Source: Candidatus Bathyarchaeota archaeon
GTDB taxonomy: Archaea > Thermoproteota > Bathyarchaeia > TCS64
Reading direction: 5' to 3'
NCBI GenBank assembly: GCA_963771885.1
Contig: CAVYVF010000023.1
Coordinates: 448,001-512,000 of the forward strand
Length of the DNA stretch: 64,000 bases
Shown here: one piece after another, positions 27,830 through 41,977 of the stretch
How positions within the stretch are numbered: position 1 is the first letter of the stretch
Layout: each line of letters begins with the position of its first letter
Notes under the pieces: model-generated
Databases searched by the model: none
What the model was told of the DNA's origin: nothing
What the model saw: only the letters and a program-made list of their open reading frames with translations
Position numbers and translations under genes: made by a program

Positions 27830-29578
27830 TTGGACAACCGCCGTAGGCTCATGGACGTAGCCCTCGGGAAGACCCACCCCGACACCATCATAACAAATGG
27901 AGTCCTCATCGACGTCTCTACGAGGAGGCTCGTCGAAGGCGTCAACATCTCGATAAGCGGAGGAAGAATCGCATCCATATCGAAGGAGAGGCAGAGGGCG
28001 GGTCCCAGCACCAAAATCATCGACGCCGGCGGCACCTACCTCGCCCCCGGGCTCGTCGACGCCCACTACCACATCGAGAGCAGCCGCCTAACCCCCCGCC
28101 GCCACGCACAGATCACCCTCCCACACGGAACAACAACACTATTCGAGGGTAGCCACGAGATATGCAACCCCCTCGGGCTCGACGGCGTCAGGTACATCCT
28201 CGATGAGGCGGAGGGACTCCCCCAGAAGATATTCGTCGGGCTAAGCTCCGCCACGCCCCCGACCCCTTTCGAGACTGCGGGCGCATACATCGGGGGCAAG
28301 GAAGCGGAGCAGGCGCTCAAGCTACCGGGGGTAGCGGGCGTAGACGAGGTCATGGACTACACCGCCCTCTTCAACGGGGAAGCGCGCCTACACGAGGTCA
28401 TAGAAGCGGGTCTTGCCTCCGGCAAAGTTGTCGAGGGACACGGCGTCCCCCCACCGCCTCAGGCTGATGCCTTCCTCGCAACCGGAGTCTCCTCAACACA
28501 CTTCAGCGGAGACGGAGCAAAAGCAATCGCTCTACTCGAGCGCGGCTGCTTCCTCGAGCTCAAGCCACGCGACGCGCGCCAGGCTATACGGGAACTCGTC
28601 GCCGCCGGGATAGACTGGCAGATGGTCGGCATGTGCGTCGACGACCGCCCCGCCGAGAGAATAAGCCAGCTCGGTCACCTCGACTACGAGTTGAGAATAT
28701 GCATCGAAGAGGGCCTTGACCCCATCATAGCGATACAACTGGCGACGTTGAACAACGCCCGTCACTGGCGGAAAGAACACGAGGTTGGCATCATTGCACC
28801 CGGGCGACACGCCGATATCCTCTTCCTGAGGAATCTCACCGCCTTCGAGATCGATAAAGTGATGGCTGAAGGAGTGATCGTTGCTGAGGGTGGTAGGCTG
28901 ACCGCGGACATACCGATACGTCCTGCCCCCGCATACGTGCTCAACTCGATCAAGCTCACCAAGCCCATGGTAGCGAAAGACTTCGAGGTGAAGACGGCGA
29001 AAGATGTGACGAAGGTCAGCGCCGCTGTGCTCCGCCCATTCTACTATAGTGCTGACCTCCCGCCGATTACGCGTGAACTCCTCGTAAAAGACGGGCTCGT
29101 CCAACGCGACCTCGCCAACGAAGTAAACAAAGTCGCCATCGTGCGTCGCGATGGGGGAGGCGTCGGCATAAGCTTCTGGGAACTCGGCTACCAACACGGC
29201 GCAGTAGCCATGAGCGTACTCCATGACACCCACAACATAAGCGTCGTCGGCGCCACAGACTCAGACATGGCGGCCGCCGTGAACCGCGTCGCCGAAATAG
29301 GCGGTGGAATAGTCGTCGTCAGGGACGGCGTTGTAAAGGCGGAGGTGGCCCTACCCATCGCAGGGCTCATGACTGATAGACCTCTGCCCGAGGTCATCGC
29401 AGGCCTCGACAAGATTAACGAGGAGGCGGCGAAGTTGCGCCCTGGAAAACTACTCGGCTCCAACCCCGTGGACACACAGACCTTCATCTTTCTCACCTGC
29501 TTCCCCTGGGGGATAGTTCTGACCGACCGCGGGCTCGTGAATGTGAGAAGTGGCGAGGCTGTCCCCGCCGTCTGGTGA
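27830..29578 (+). CDS. ade: adenine deaminase family amidohydrolase
   Basis: PGLVDAHYHIESS, HGTTT, HEICNPLG, ATLNNA, IAPGRHAD, HDTHN, LPIAGLM; TTG start at 27830. Confidence 0.85.
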   Translation: MDNRRRLMDVALGKTHPDTIITNGVLIDVSTRRLVEGVNISISGGRIASISKERQRAGPSTKIIDAGGTYLAPGLVDAHYHIESSRLTPRRHAQITLPHGTTTLFEGSHEICNPLGLDGVRYILDEAEGLPQKIFVGLSSATPPTPFETAGAYIGGKEAEQALKLPGVAGVDEVMDYTALFNGEARLHEVIEAGLASGKVVEGHGVPPPPQADAFLATGVSSTHFSGDGAKAIALLERGCFLELKPRDARQAIRELVAAGIDWQMVGMCVDDRPAERISQLGHLDYELRICIEEGLDPIIAIQLATLNNARHWRKEHEVGIIAPGRHADILFLRNLTAFEIDKVMAEGVIVAEGGRLTADIPIRPAPAYVLNSIKLTKPMVAKDFEVKTAKDVTKVSAAVLRPFYYSADLPPITRELLVKDGLVQRDLANEVNKVAIVRRDGGGVGISFWELGYQHGAVAMSVLHDTHNISVVGATDSDMAAAVNRVAEIGGGIVVVRDGVVKAEVALPIAGLMTDRPLPEVIAGLDKINEEAAKLRPGKLLGSNPVDTQTFIFLTCFPWGIVLTDRGLVNVRSGEAVPAVW

Positions 29579-29617
29579 CCGCAAACTAATTCACCCGGTT
29601 ACTCCATAGACGCGTGT

Positions 29618-30074
29618 ATGTTGTCTAAGGAAGAGACCCTCAACTTAGCCCAGTCATACGCAGACCAGCACTTCCTCTGCTCCGAGTCCTGCCTTCTAGC
29701 GCTAGCTAAGGCTCAGGGTGTCGAAAGTTCACTCATTCCCCGCATCGCCACAGGCTTCGGTGCAGGAATTGGTAGAAGCGGAGAGACCTGCGGCGCCGTC
29801 ACAGGGGCTGTCCTCGGTCTCGGTATCAAATACGGGCGTGACAAGGTTGAGCCGATCCAAAGATCGGCGCCCATACTGGTATGCAACGGAGTTCCTCGAG
29901 CGATTCAAGCGGGAGCACGGGGAGCTCACCTGCCCCGCCCTGTTGGAACTCGACATAGCCAAACCTGCAGATTATGAGGAGTATAACCGGAGGAACCTCT
30001 GGGTCCACAAGTGTACGAAGTATATCCTCGGGGCTACAGGAATCGCGTGGGATATTCTGAATGAAGAGAAGTGA
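29618..30074 (+). CDS. C_GCAxxG_C_C family redox protein; frameshift near 29858
   Basis: CSES, GFGAGIG..GETCGAVTG, then FKREHGELTCPALL and KC in the shifted frame. Confidence 0.82.
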
Positions 30075-30077
30075 CTC

Positions 30078-31250
30078 TCAACTCTTGTAGCCGAGGAGAT
30101 CTAGCGTCGACTTCGTCAACACCCGCGTTGTAGGTAGTAGTGAATCAATGTCCACCCACTCATTCGCCTCACACGTGTTTCCCCCTGTGGGGCCGCATAT
30201 TAGAGTCGGGACGCCGCCGTGGCCGGCGATATGGTTCGTGTCCGCCACGCTCCTCGCGAGCACGTGCTTGACGCACCAGCCTGTCTCCTCGGCTAGGTTT
30301 CTCGTGACAGTTTTAACCAGTTTTGAGTCTTTTGGTACTATGAAGCTGGGAGGCGCGGGTGTCGGGCGTTCGTCCCACTTCAACTCGTAGCTCCCCTCTA
30401 TACCCGCAGCGTCTACGATTGACTTGATCTGCTCTGCAGCCCAGTTAGCGGTCTGTCCCGGGAGAACGTGTCTATCGATCCATAGCTCTGCGGTCTCTGG
30501 GACATAGATCATCGTTCCGCCGCCGCGTAGACCAATAATGCATAGGCTTCCTCCGAGGTCGAACTCCTCGTTGTGTCCTAACTCAGCCTTCCCAAGACTC
30601 GCCAGCGCAACCGCCGCCTTCGACGCGTCCACGACGGCGTTTACACCCTTGTCGTAGGCGGCGCTTACCGATTCGCCGTGGAAGGTGAGGTGGAAGACGT
30701 GTCTGCCACGCTCTCCGATTGTCAGTGTCTCAGCAGCTGAAGGCTCGGGCACTATGCAGTAGTCGCAGCCCTTCAAGTAGCCCCCGTTTATGAGGGCGTG
30801 TGCGCCGCGGCTCCAGTTCTCTTCGTCCGATGTCCCCGAAACTATTAGCTTACCCCCGAGCTTCACGCCGGACTCCACGATTGCCTCAACAGCAGCAATC
30901 AGGCAGGCACCGCCCCCCTTCATATCGTGAGCACCGAGCCCGTATATCCTCCCATTCTTGACCACCGGATTGAATGGCTCGGTGTCCCAGCCCCTGAAGG
31001 CGTCGAATGTGTCCATGTGGAAGTTCAGCATCATTGAAGAGCCAGTGCGTGGGCCGTCGAGCCACCCGACGATGGTGTCCCCCGACTCCTCGACGGGGAG
31101 CCTCTTCACATTCAGCCCTAGTAACCTGAGCTTGTCATAGGTCCAATCACTCATCGCGCCTTCCTTGTTCGTGGTCGAGGGAATAGCGACCATCTCCTTG
31201 ACAAGCTCGACGACTCTTTCCTTCCTAAGCAGACTCAGCGGATCGGTCAT
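30078..31250 (-). CDS. M20 family metallopeptidase/deacylase (ArgE/DapE-like)
   Basis: HMDT, GLGAHDMKGG, SDEE, PEP, ANEWV. Confidence 0.88.
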   Translation of the reverse strand: MTDPLSLLRKERVVELVKEMVAIPSTTNKEGAMSDWTYDKLRLLGLNVKRLPVEESGDTIVGWLDGPRTGSSMMLNFHMDTFDAFRGWDTEPFNPVVKNGRIYGLGAHDMKGGGACLIAAVEAIVESGVKLGGKLIVSGTSDEENWSRGAHALINGGYLKGCDYCIVPEPSAAETLTIGERGRHVFHLTFHGESVSAAYDKGVNAVVDASKAAVALASLGKAELGHNEEFDLGGSLCIIGLRGGGTMIYVPETAELWIDRHVLPGQTANWAAEQIKSIVDAAGIEGSYELKWDERPTPAPPSFIVPKDSKLVKTVTRNLAEETGWCVKHVLARSVADTNHIAGHGGVPTLICGPTGGNTCEANEWVDIDSLLPTTRVLTKSTLDLLGYKS

Positions 31251-31342
31251 TGGATGTACCTAGACGGATCACCCCCCTATACCAGTGAAAAGACTTGGGA
31301 ATCAGAAACCTTGAAACCCTCCTCTACCCAAGTGATAATTGC

Positions 31343-31493
31343 ATGAAGGGAGAAAGGGAGAGCCACGTTTGTCCCCGCCGTCGTCGCGGTCGCAGGCGTC
31401 GTAGCCTTCACCATCCTTGTCTACCTGCTCCTCACCGGGGCAGACTGGCTACTCAAACGTCTGCTCGGCTCGAACGTGGGTACGCCGTTCTGA
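31343..31493 (+). CDS. possible 49-aa single-TM membrane protein (needs a 1-nt correction in GGG at 31348-31350)
   Basis: MKEKGRATFVPAVVAVAGVVAFTILVYLLLTGADWLLKRLLGSNVGTPF; codon usage matches the neighbouring genes. Confidence 0.45.
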
Positions 31494-31527
31494 TAGCCGT
31501 TTTAAGCCCCGAGGGCAACCATCTTCC

Positions 31528-32268
31528 ATGAGACTCGAAAATCAGATCGCCCTCGTATTCGGGGGAGGCAGGGGGCTCGGCAGGGCGACGGCTCTTGTCT
31601 TCGCCGCGGAAGGTGCTGACATCGCCGTTGCAGCCCGTACAAAGAAGGAGATTGACGCTGTCGCCAAAGAAGTGCAGAAACTCGGCAGACGCGCCATAGC
31701 CATCAGAGCTGACGCAACCAAGCCACAAGAAGTTCAGAACGCTGTAGACAAGACGATAGAATCCTATGGCAAGATAGACGTACTCATCAACAGCCAGGGC
31801 GACTGGCTTATCAAGCCCACACTCAAGACCACGGAGGATGACTGGAACCACATAATCGACACCAACCTCAAGTCCGTCTACCTGACCTGCAAGGCGGTCC
31901 TTCCGCACATGATCACCCAAAAGAGTGGGCATATCTTCAACATAGGCTCCGCCTCAGGCCTTTGGTACCCCGGAGGAGGCATCATAACCATCTACAAGGC
32001 ATCGAAAATGGGGCTCGCCGGGTTTAGCAAGGCACTCGCAGAAGAACAAGCGCCGAACGGGATAGGCGTTCATCTGATCTCTCCCCACCCTATGGACACG
32101 CCTATGCGCTGGGAGTCGACGCCGAACGCGGACAAACCCGCACTTATACGGCCCGAGATCGTTGCCGATCTCATGGCGACCATCGCCAGCCACCCCGAGC
32201 TCCGCATAAGCGAGGCGATCGTCCCGGAGATCAACCTTCCCTATACGAGCAGCTACAAGAAGCGTTAG
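31528..32268 (+). CDS. short-chain dehydrogenase/reductase
   Basis: GGGRGLG, IDVLINSQG, YKASK; start MRLENQ. Confidence 0.9.
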   Translation: MRLENQIALVFGGGRGLGRATALVFAAEGADIAVAARTKKEIDAVAKEVQKLGRRAIAIRADATKPQEVQNAVDKTIESYGKIDVLINSQGDWLIKPTLKTTEDDWNHIIDTNLKSVYLTCKAVLPHMITQKSGHIFNIGSASGLWYPGGGIITIYKASKMGLAGFSKALAEEQAPNGIGVHLISPHPMDTPMRWESTPNADKPALIRPEIVADLMATIASHPELRISEAIVPEINLPYTSSYKKR

Positions 32269-32412
32269 GCGGCTTTTTCTAACACATTTGTCTAGTCCTT
32301 TGGGTGGATGCCCATTTTTTTTTCACGAGTATCGAAGCGATTCAAAAATTCACGCCACATGAAGCGTTGAACAATCCACTCATTTCTGAAGCCTAGACTC
32401 AAAAAAACTGGA

Positions 32413-32763
32413 TTACTCGGGTTGCTCAATCTCCTCGATGATGTGGAGGAGGGCACGAGCAATTATTGCATTTTCCCAGTTCTCCGTCTCGGACACCATC
32501 AGGAGACCTAGCTTGACCGCCTCGACACCGCTCTCAGGCGGCGCCACTGGGTCGACGATGATATAGTTCTGAGCAATGAAGCTGACCCTGACCTCGACGA
32601 GCATACCGGGTTCAAGGTCGCTGAAGATAGGGTTCTCGCGATTGAATAGGATGACTCTTCCATCACGCATGCGGCTAATTAGGCTGTCCGCCTTCCCCTT
32701 CAATACGAGGACCGTGAATTGGTCCCCGAGACTCACTTCGGGCTTGGTTTCAATATTAGACAA
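32413..32763 (-). CDS. hypothetical protein with a possible TRAM/OB-like beta domain
   Basis: DGRVILF...LEPGMLVEVRV...NYIIVDPV pattern followed by a helix; TTG start. Confidence 0.5.
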   Translation of the reverse strand: MSNIETKPEVSLGDQFTVLVLKGKADSLISRMRDGRVILFNRENPIFSDLEPGMLVEVRVSFIAQNYIIVDPVAPPESGVEAVKLGLLMVSETENWENAIIARALLHIIEEIEQPE

Positions 32764-33292
32764 TTCAAATCCCGTTTCATATTAATTCTCATCATTTTAT
32801 TAAATCTACTGCCTTCTCCGTCCAACAAACCCCGGAAACAGGCCGATTTTAGCCACTCAGGTTTTTGCTTGTATCATGCGAAGTAGGGGTCGCAGATCTA
32901 CCTATACTACCATCGTTTAATCAATTTTCTACTATGTGGAAACAATCGGCTGAATCATCCTAGAACTTTTTAGGTCAAGACTCTGCGGCTCCAATGGTCC
33001 CTCATTTATAATCTTTCCGTGGCAAATCATAAACTGGCATAAAAATACTTCGAGATCAAATTACCCACATTCAGCTTCACAGACGTCCCCGGGTAACTAC
33101 ACCTTGTTTAGAAAACATAACGTTTTTAACTACACACAGATGTATGGCTGTTGGCGCGTCGAGCGTCTTCCGCCCATAGTCGGCGGCTTCGATCCGACGG
33201 AGGCGTTTGGCCTCAGGATGAAGGATCGGCTCCAGTGGCGGAAACAGGTATGACGACCTGAGCAAAGGGGTCACACCCTTCGGGTCGGATAT

Positions 33293-33327
33293 GGGTCGAG
33301 TAGGTACGTTAGAACTCCTCCGCATTC
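33293..33327 (+). other. 5' strand of the 16S pre-rRNA processing stem (pairs with 34876-34903)
   Basis: GGGTCGAGTAGGTAC pairs with GTATCTACTCGACCC; TCCTCCGCATTC pairs with GAATGCGGAGGA. Confidence 0.85.
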
Positions 33328-33355
33328 CTGTGTAGAACAGCATTTGCGGTATATC

Positions 33356-34853
<1,498 letters not shown>

Positions 34854-35046
34854 AAGACAAAAAATTCGACGCAGTGAATGCGGAGGAAGTATCTACTCGA
34901 CCCAAATCAAACTCACAATATGCGGCTCCCGAGCGTAAGCTTGCGGGGCTAAGGGCGAGCCAGGGGGGATGGAATCCCCTGAAGTGGCTATGAAGCCGTG
35001 CACAGGTTCCGACTCCAGCTGTGGGACCGGGTCAATGCTGATATAC

Positions 35047-38037
<2,991 letters not shown>

Positions 38038-38246
38038 AATATCAGCAATCAAGTACTCGATCCCACAGGAGAATTCGGAACCTATGTCCACGGCTTCACA
38101 GTTTTATTTGAAGCAACCAACCCCAGTGGGTACTGGGTTTATGTTTTCCATATTCGCGTTCGGAGTCGGAACCAGTTTCTTCCATCGAGTTTCTCGTAAC
38201 AGTGTTATACCCTTACCTGCTGTATCTCCCATTCAAGGGTGAAGTA

Positions 38247-40112
38247 ATGGTGCATGGAGCGGACCGTATTCATCTCCTCATGGGGAACGAGGCCGCTGCG
38301 AGGGGCGCCGTCGAAGCCGGGGTGAGGTTCGCGATAGGATACCCCGGGACGCCTTCGACCGAGGTAATAGAGACGCTGATTCAGGGATCTAGGGAGATCG
38401 GGGTTGCGCGCCGAGTGGGCGGTCAACGAGAAGGTTGCCTTCGACATAGCCACGGGTGTGAGCTTCGGAGGGCACCGCTGCCTCGTCACCATGAAGAGCG
38501 CTGGGCCTCAACGTTGCCAGCGACTCCATCCTGTCGGTGGCCTACGGGGACGTGATAGGCGGTCTCGTCCTCTACGTCGCCGACGACGCGGGCGCCCACG
38601 CGGGGATGGAGGAGCAGGACGCGAGGACCTTCACCGCGACCTGCCCCCTGCCGATGTTCGACGCCTCCGACCCGCAGACGAGTAAGGACATGGTTGCGGC
38701 GGCGTTCAAGTTATCGGAGGAGAGCCGCCTCCCCGTGATGGTGCGAACAACCTCCCGAGTAGCCCATGGCAAGGCCCCCGTCGCCTACGGCGCCGTCAAG
38801 GTGGCTGAGCCTAAGCCGCCGATGGTGAAGGACATCGCCCGATTCACGAGGGCTTCACCCGTCTGGGTGAAGAGCCAGCACCGAATCCTCAACGAGCGGG
38901 TTGAGGCTATCCGGGAGGGGTTCGAGTCCTCGCCCTTCAACGAGTGCGTCATCAAGCCGCGGTCACGGCTCGGCGTCATCGCCTCGGGTGCGCCGCTGGC
39001 CTACCTTCAGGACGTCGTCGCGTCGCAGGGATACCAGGTGTCCACGCTCAGGATCGGGACCGTGCATCCCCTTCCGTTGAAGTTGGTGAGGCGGCTCCTC
39101 GAATCCGTCGACTCCGTCCTCGTCCTGGAGGAGCTTGAGCCGTTCATCGAGCTTCAGGTGAAGGCCCTCATCGCGGATATGGGGAAGCAGGTCAGGGTCA
39201 TCGGCAAGATGGATGGGACGCTGTCACGTGTCGGGAGAGTACGACAGCGAGATAGTCGCCGCGGCGCTGGCGAAGCTCGTCGGTGAGACCCCGCGTCTAC
39301 CCGACCCCGCGCTCGAGGCGGCGCGTGCGGAGGCGAAGGCCCTTGCACCGGGTCGCAGCCTGCCCTTCTGCCCCGGGTGCCCCCACAGGGGAACCTACAC
39401 CGCCCTGACACGCGCATTGAGGGAGCTCGGGTACAGGAAGGACGAGGTCATAGTCACCGGCGACATCGGCTGCACCATCCTCGGCATGTACCCGCCGTGG
39501 AGCAGCTGCTGGAACGAGGTCAGCATGGGCGCCAGCATAGGGAACGCCATCGGCTTCAAGTACGCGGGCGTCAAGCTGCCCGTCGTCGCCACGATAGGGG
39601 ACTCGACCTTCTTCCACGCCGGCATCCAGCCAGCCGTCAACGCGGCTTGGAACGGCACACCAGTCGTCATAGCGGTCCTCGACAACGAGATCACAGGCAT
39701 GACGGGGCATCAGCCCTCGCCGGCGTCGGGGAGAACAGCTGTGAGCTCCGAGGCGCCAAGGATCAGCATCGAGGGCATGCTTAGGGCCGCGGGTATAGCC
39801 AACGTCGCTGTGGTCGACCCCTACGACCTCAAGGCGAGCACGGCGGCGCTAAAGGAGGCGCTATCCTCTGACGGTCCCTCGGGCGTCGTCCTGAGGAGGG
39901 TCTGCTCACTCGTCGCGAGGAGGATGGGCACACTCGGCAAGCCTCTGAAGGTTGACGCTGACAAGTGCACGGGGTGCCTAGCCTGCATAAGGACACTCAG
40001 CTGCCCCGCGATGCTCGTCGAGGAGGGCAGGATGGTGATAGATGGGGCTGCCTGCGCGGGCTGCGGCATGTGCGCTCAGGTCTGCCCCAGCGGGGCGATT
40101 GGAGGCGACTGA
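38247..40112 (+). CDS. iorA: indolepyruvate:ferredoxin oxidoreductase alpha subunit; indels near 38403, 38503 and 39235
   Basis: LMGNEAAARG, GYPGTPSTE, EWAVNEKVA, FCPGCPHR, GDIGC, IGDSTFFHAG, LDNEITGMTGHQ, C-terminal 2x[4Fe-4S]. Confidence 0.92.
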
Positions 40113-40113
40113 C

Positions 40114-40707
40114 GTGGAGCATAACATACTCATCACAAGCGTCGGGGGACAGGGCGGGATCACCCTCGCCCGGGTCATCGCACACGCGGCGCTCAAGCAG
40201 AGGCTCAACGTCCGCGTCGGTGAGACCCTCGGCATGGCTCAGCGCGGAGGCTCCGTTCAGAGCCACGTCAGGATAGGGAAGAGCGTCCACTCCTCCCTGA
40301 TCCCGCGGGGCGAGTGCGATGTGCTGCTCAGCCTAGAGCCCAGCGAGGCGGTCAGGGTCCCAGAGTACCTCGGCCCCGGAGCAGTCGCCATCATCAACAC
40401 CACTCCGGTGTTGCCGATGCCCGTTCTACTGGGTGAGGCCAGGTACCCGCCGCTCCAAGTCATCACCTCGGCGCTGGAGAAGATTGGCTGCACAGTCTAC
40501 ACCATAGACGCGAAGCGTATCGCTGAGGAGGTTGAGGCGCCGACGAGCCTCAACGTCGTCGTCCTCGGAGCGTATTCTGCTATGTCGAGTGTCCTCAGCT
40601 CGGAGTCCCTCCGCTATGCGCTGGGCGAAGCACTCAACAAAAGGTTCCTGGACGCCAACCTGCGCGCCTTCAACGCGGGCTACGCCGAGATGAAGAAGAG
40701 AAAATAG
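40114..40707 (+). CDS. iorB: indolepyruvate:ferredoxin oxidoreductase beta subunit
   Basis: VGGQG, ETLGMAQRGGSVQSHVRIG, NVVVLGA, NLRAFNAG; GGAGG SD followed by GTG. Confidence 0.92.
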   Translation: MEHNILITSVGGQGGITLARVIAHAALKQRLNVRVGETLGMAQRGGSVQSHVRIGKSVHSSLIPRGECDVLLSLEPSEAVRVPEYLGPGAVAIINTTPVLPMPVLLGEARYPPLQVITSALEKIGCTVYTIDAKRIAEEVEAPTSLNVVVLGAYSAMSSVLSSESLRYALGEALNKRFLDANLRAFNAGYAEMKKRK

Positions 40708-40715
40708 CCCGAAGA

Positions 40716-41468
40716 CTATACGCCGATGCAGGGGGCGAGGTAGTAGACGAGCTTACCCTTCGGGAGCTCGAAATCCATCTTGATGGGCATGTCGGTGCTC
40801 AGCTCGATGGTGGCGACCTCACTGCTGTTACCCGCCGCGTTCGCGATCTCGTTCAGGTAGCTCAGCGTGAATGTGGCGCTGCTGTCCTCCTCCACCTTGA
40901 GGTCGATGAGGTCGTCGCTGCCCTTCTCCCACTCGCTGTGGGCGCTCCCCATGTCCCCGGTTGCGCTGATCTTGAGCACCTCGCCCTCGACGGCGACCTT
41001 GACGTGCTCGCTGACGAGGTTCGCGTCCCTGATAGCGTTGCGGAGGCTGTCCGTTATGAGGCGGGCCTTCGCCTTGAAGAATATCTTCGGCTGAGGCACC
41101 TCGTCGTCCATCGGCTCGAGGACGGGCATCTCGAAGCGCCTGCTGTGGCCGCCCCGCTTGCAGAGGATAACGAGCCTCGCCTTCTCCTCGTCGAGGCGTA
41201 TCCGGGTCTCCTCATCCTTGTCGACGCGGTCGAGGAACTTGAGGAACTCCTTTATGTTTATGCTTAGGCGGGGCTCGCCCTCGCACTTGTAGGCGTCGAA
41301 GAAGTCGGCGGGGAGCTCGAAGTCGACCATCGCGACGTGGCTTGGGTCCATCGCGAGGAGCTTTATCTGTGCCTCGTTCATCACGAATGTGCCCTCCTCG
41401 ACTATGACGCTGAGGGCTTTGATCAGGTTGCGGAATGGGTCTATGCGGCTTACCTCTACCTCGAACAA
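40716..41468 (-). CDS. pcn: DNA polymerase sliding clamp PCNA
   Basis: AMDPSHVAMVDFEL, FTLSYL, DMPIKMDF, KLVYYLAP. Confidence 0.95.
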   Translation of the reverse strand: MFEVEVSRIDPFRNLIKALSVIVEEGTFVMNEAQIKLLAMDPSHVAMVDFELPADFFDAYKCEGEPRLSINIKEFLKFLDRVDKDEETRIRLDEEKARLVILCKRGGHSRRFEMPVLEPMDDEVPQPKIFFKAKARLITDSLRNAIRDANLVSEHVKVAVEGEVLKISATGDMGSAHSEWEKGSDDLIDLKVEEDSSATFTLSYLNEIANAAGNSSEVATIELSTDMPIKMDFELPKGKLVYYLAPCIGV

Positions 41469-41629
41469 ATCACTGTCTCCTTAGGTTATGGATTGGTTGT
41501 CTTAGCCTAGGAGCAGGCGGATAAAAGCGTATTCACGGGTTCAAATAGGCTTCAGTGGATGTGGCTGAAACAGCTATGGAGGTGGGATGGTGGAACCTTT
41601 TTACGTGCCTGGGGTGGCTAAAGGATTGG

Positions 41630-41739
41630 GCGGGGGTACCCGAGACTGGCCAAAGGGGCGGGACTTAAGATCAGGCAGTCCCTGGGTAGAGATCCCGTAG
41701 CTCAGGCTTTCGAGGGTTCAAGTCCCTCCCCCCGCACCA
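41630..41739 (+). tRNA. tRNA-Leu(TAA) with a 22-nt intron at 37/38 (41670-41691) and encoded CCA
   Basis: Acceptor GCGGGGG/CCCCCGC-A-CCA; anticodon stem CGGGA/TCCCG around CT-TAA-G; long variable arm; T arm GAGGG-TTCAAGT-CCCTC. Confidence 0.9.
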
Positions 41740-41977
41740 AACCTCAGGCTTGAATGGGACGGTTTTACGGGGTGTTTTACCCGTTTAAGCCATTTTCTGC
41801 CCCGTTGTTTGCCGGGTGAGTGTCGATTTCTCTGCTGCGTTTTTATGCTTGTTTCAAGAGTGTAAAATTTGCTGTTACACGCGCGCATTAGCTCGCAGCC
41901 TAATCCATTTTCCCTCACGTCCCACCTCTCACAACCTGAATCCGGTTTAAATCCCCCACAGGGCAGGGCAACATGCC

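Noticed and set aside
27083..29578. 831-aa FNR-oxidoreductase/adenine deaminase fusion in the ORF track
   Set aside because: A +1 insertion near 27641 diverts the frame. The true FNR C-terminus (CGPPPM...ELWW-stop) lies in another frame ending at 27779, so these are two genes.
41792..41912. Two ATTTTC hexamers upstream of the RadA-like gene as Sulfolobus-type UV-response boxes
   Set aside because: A 6-mer in T-rich intergenic DNA is expected by chance, and the motif is defined in a distant lineage.
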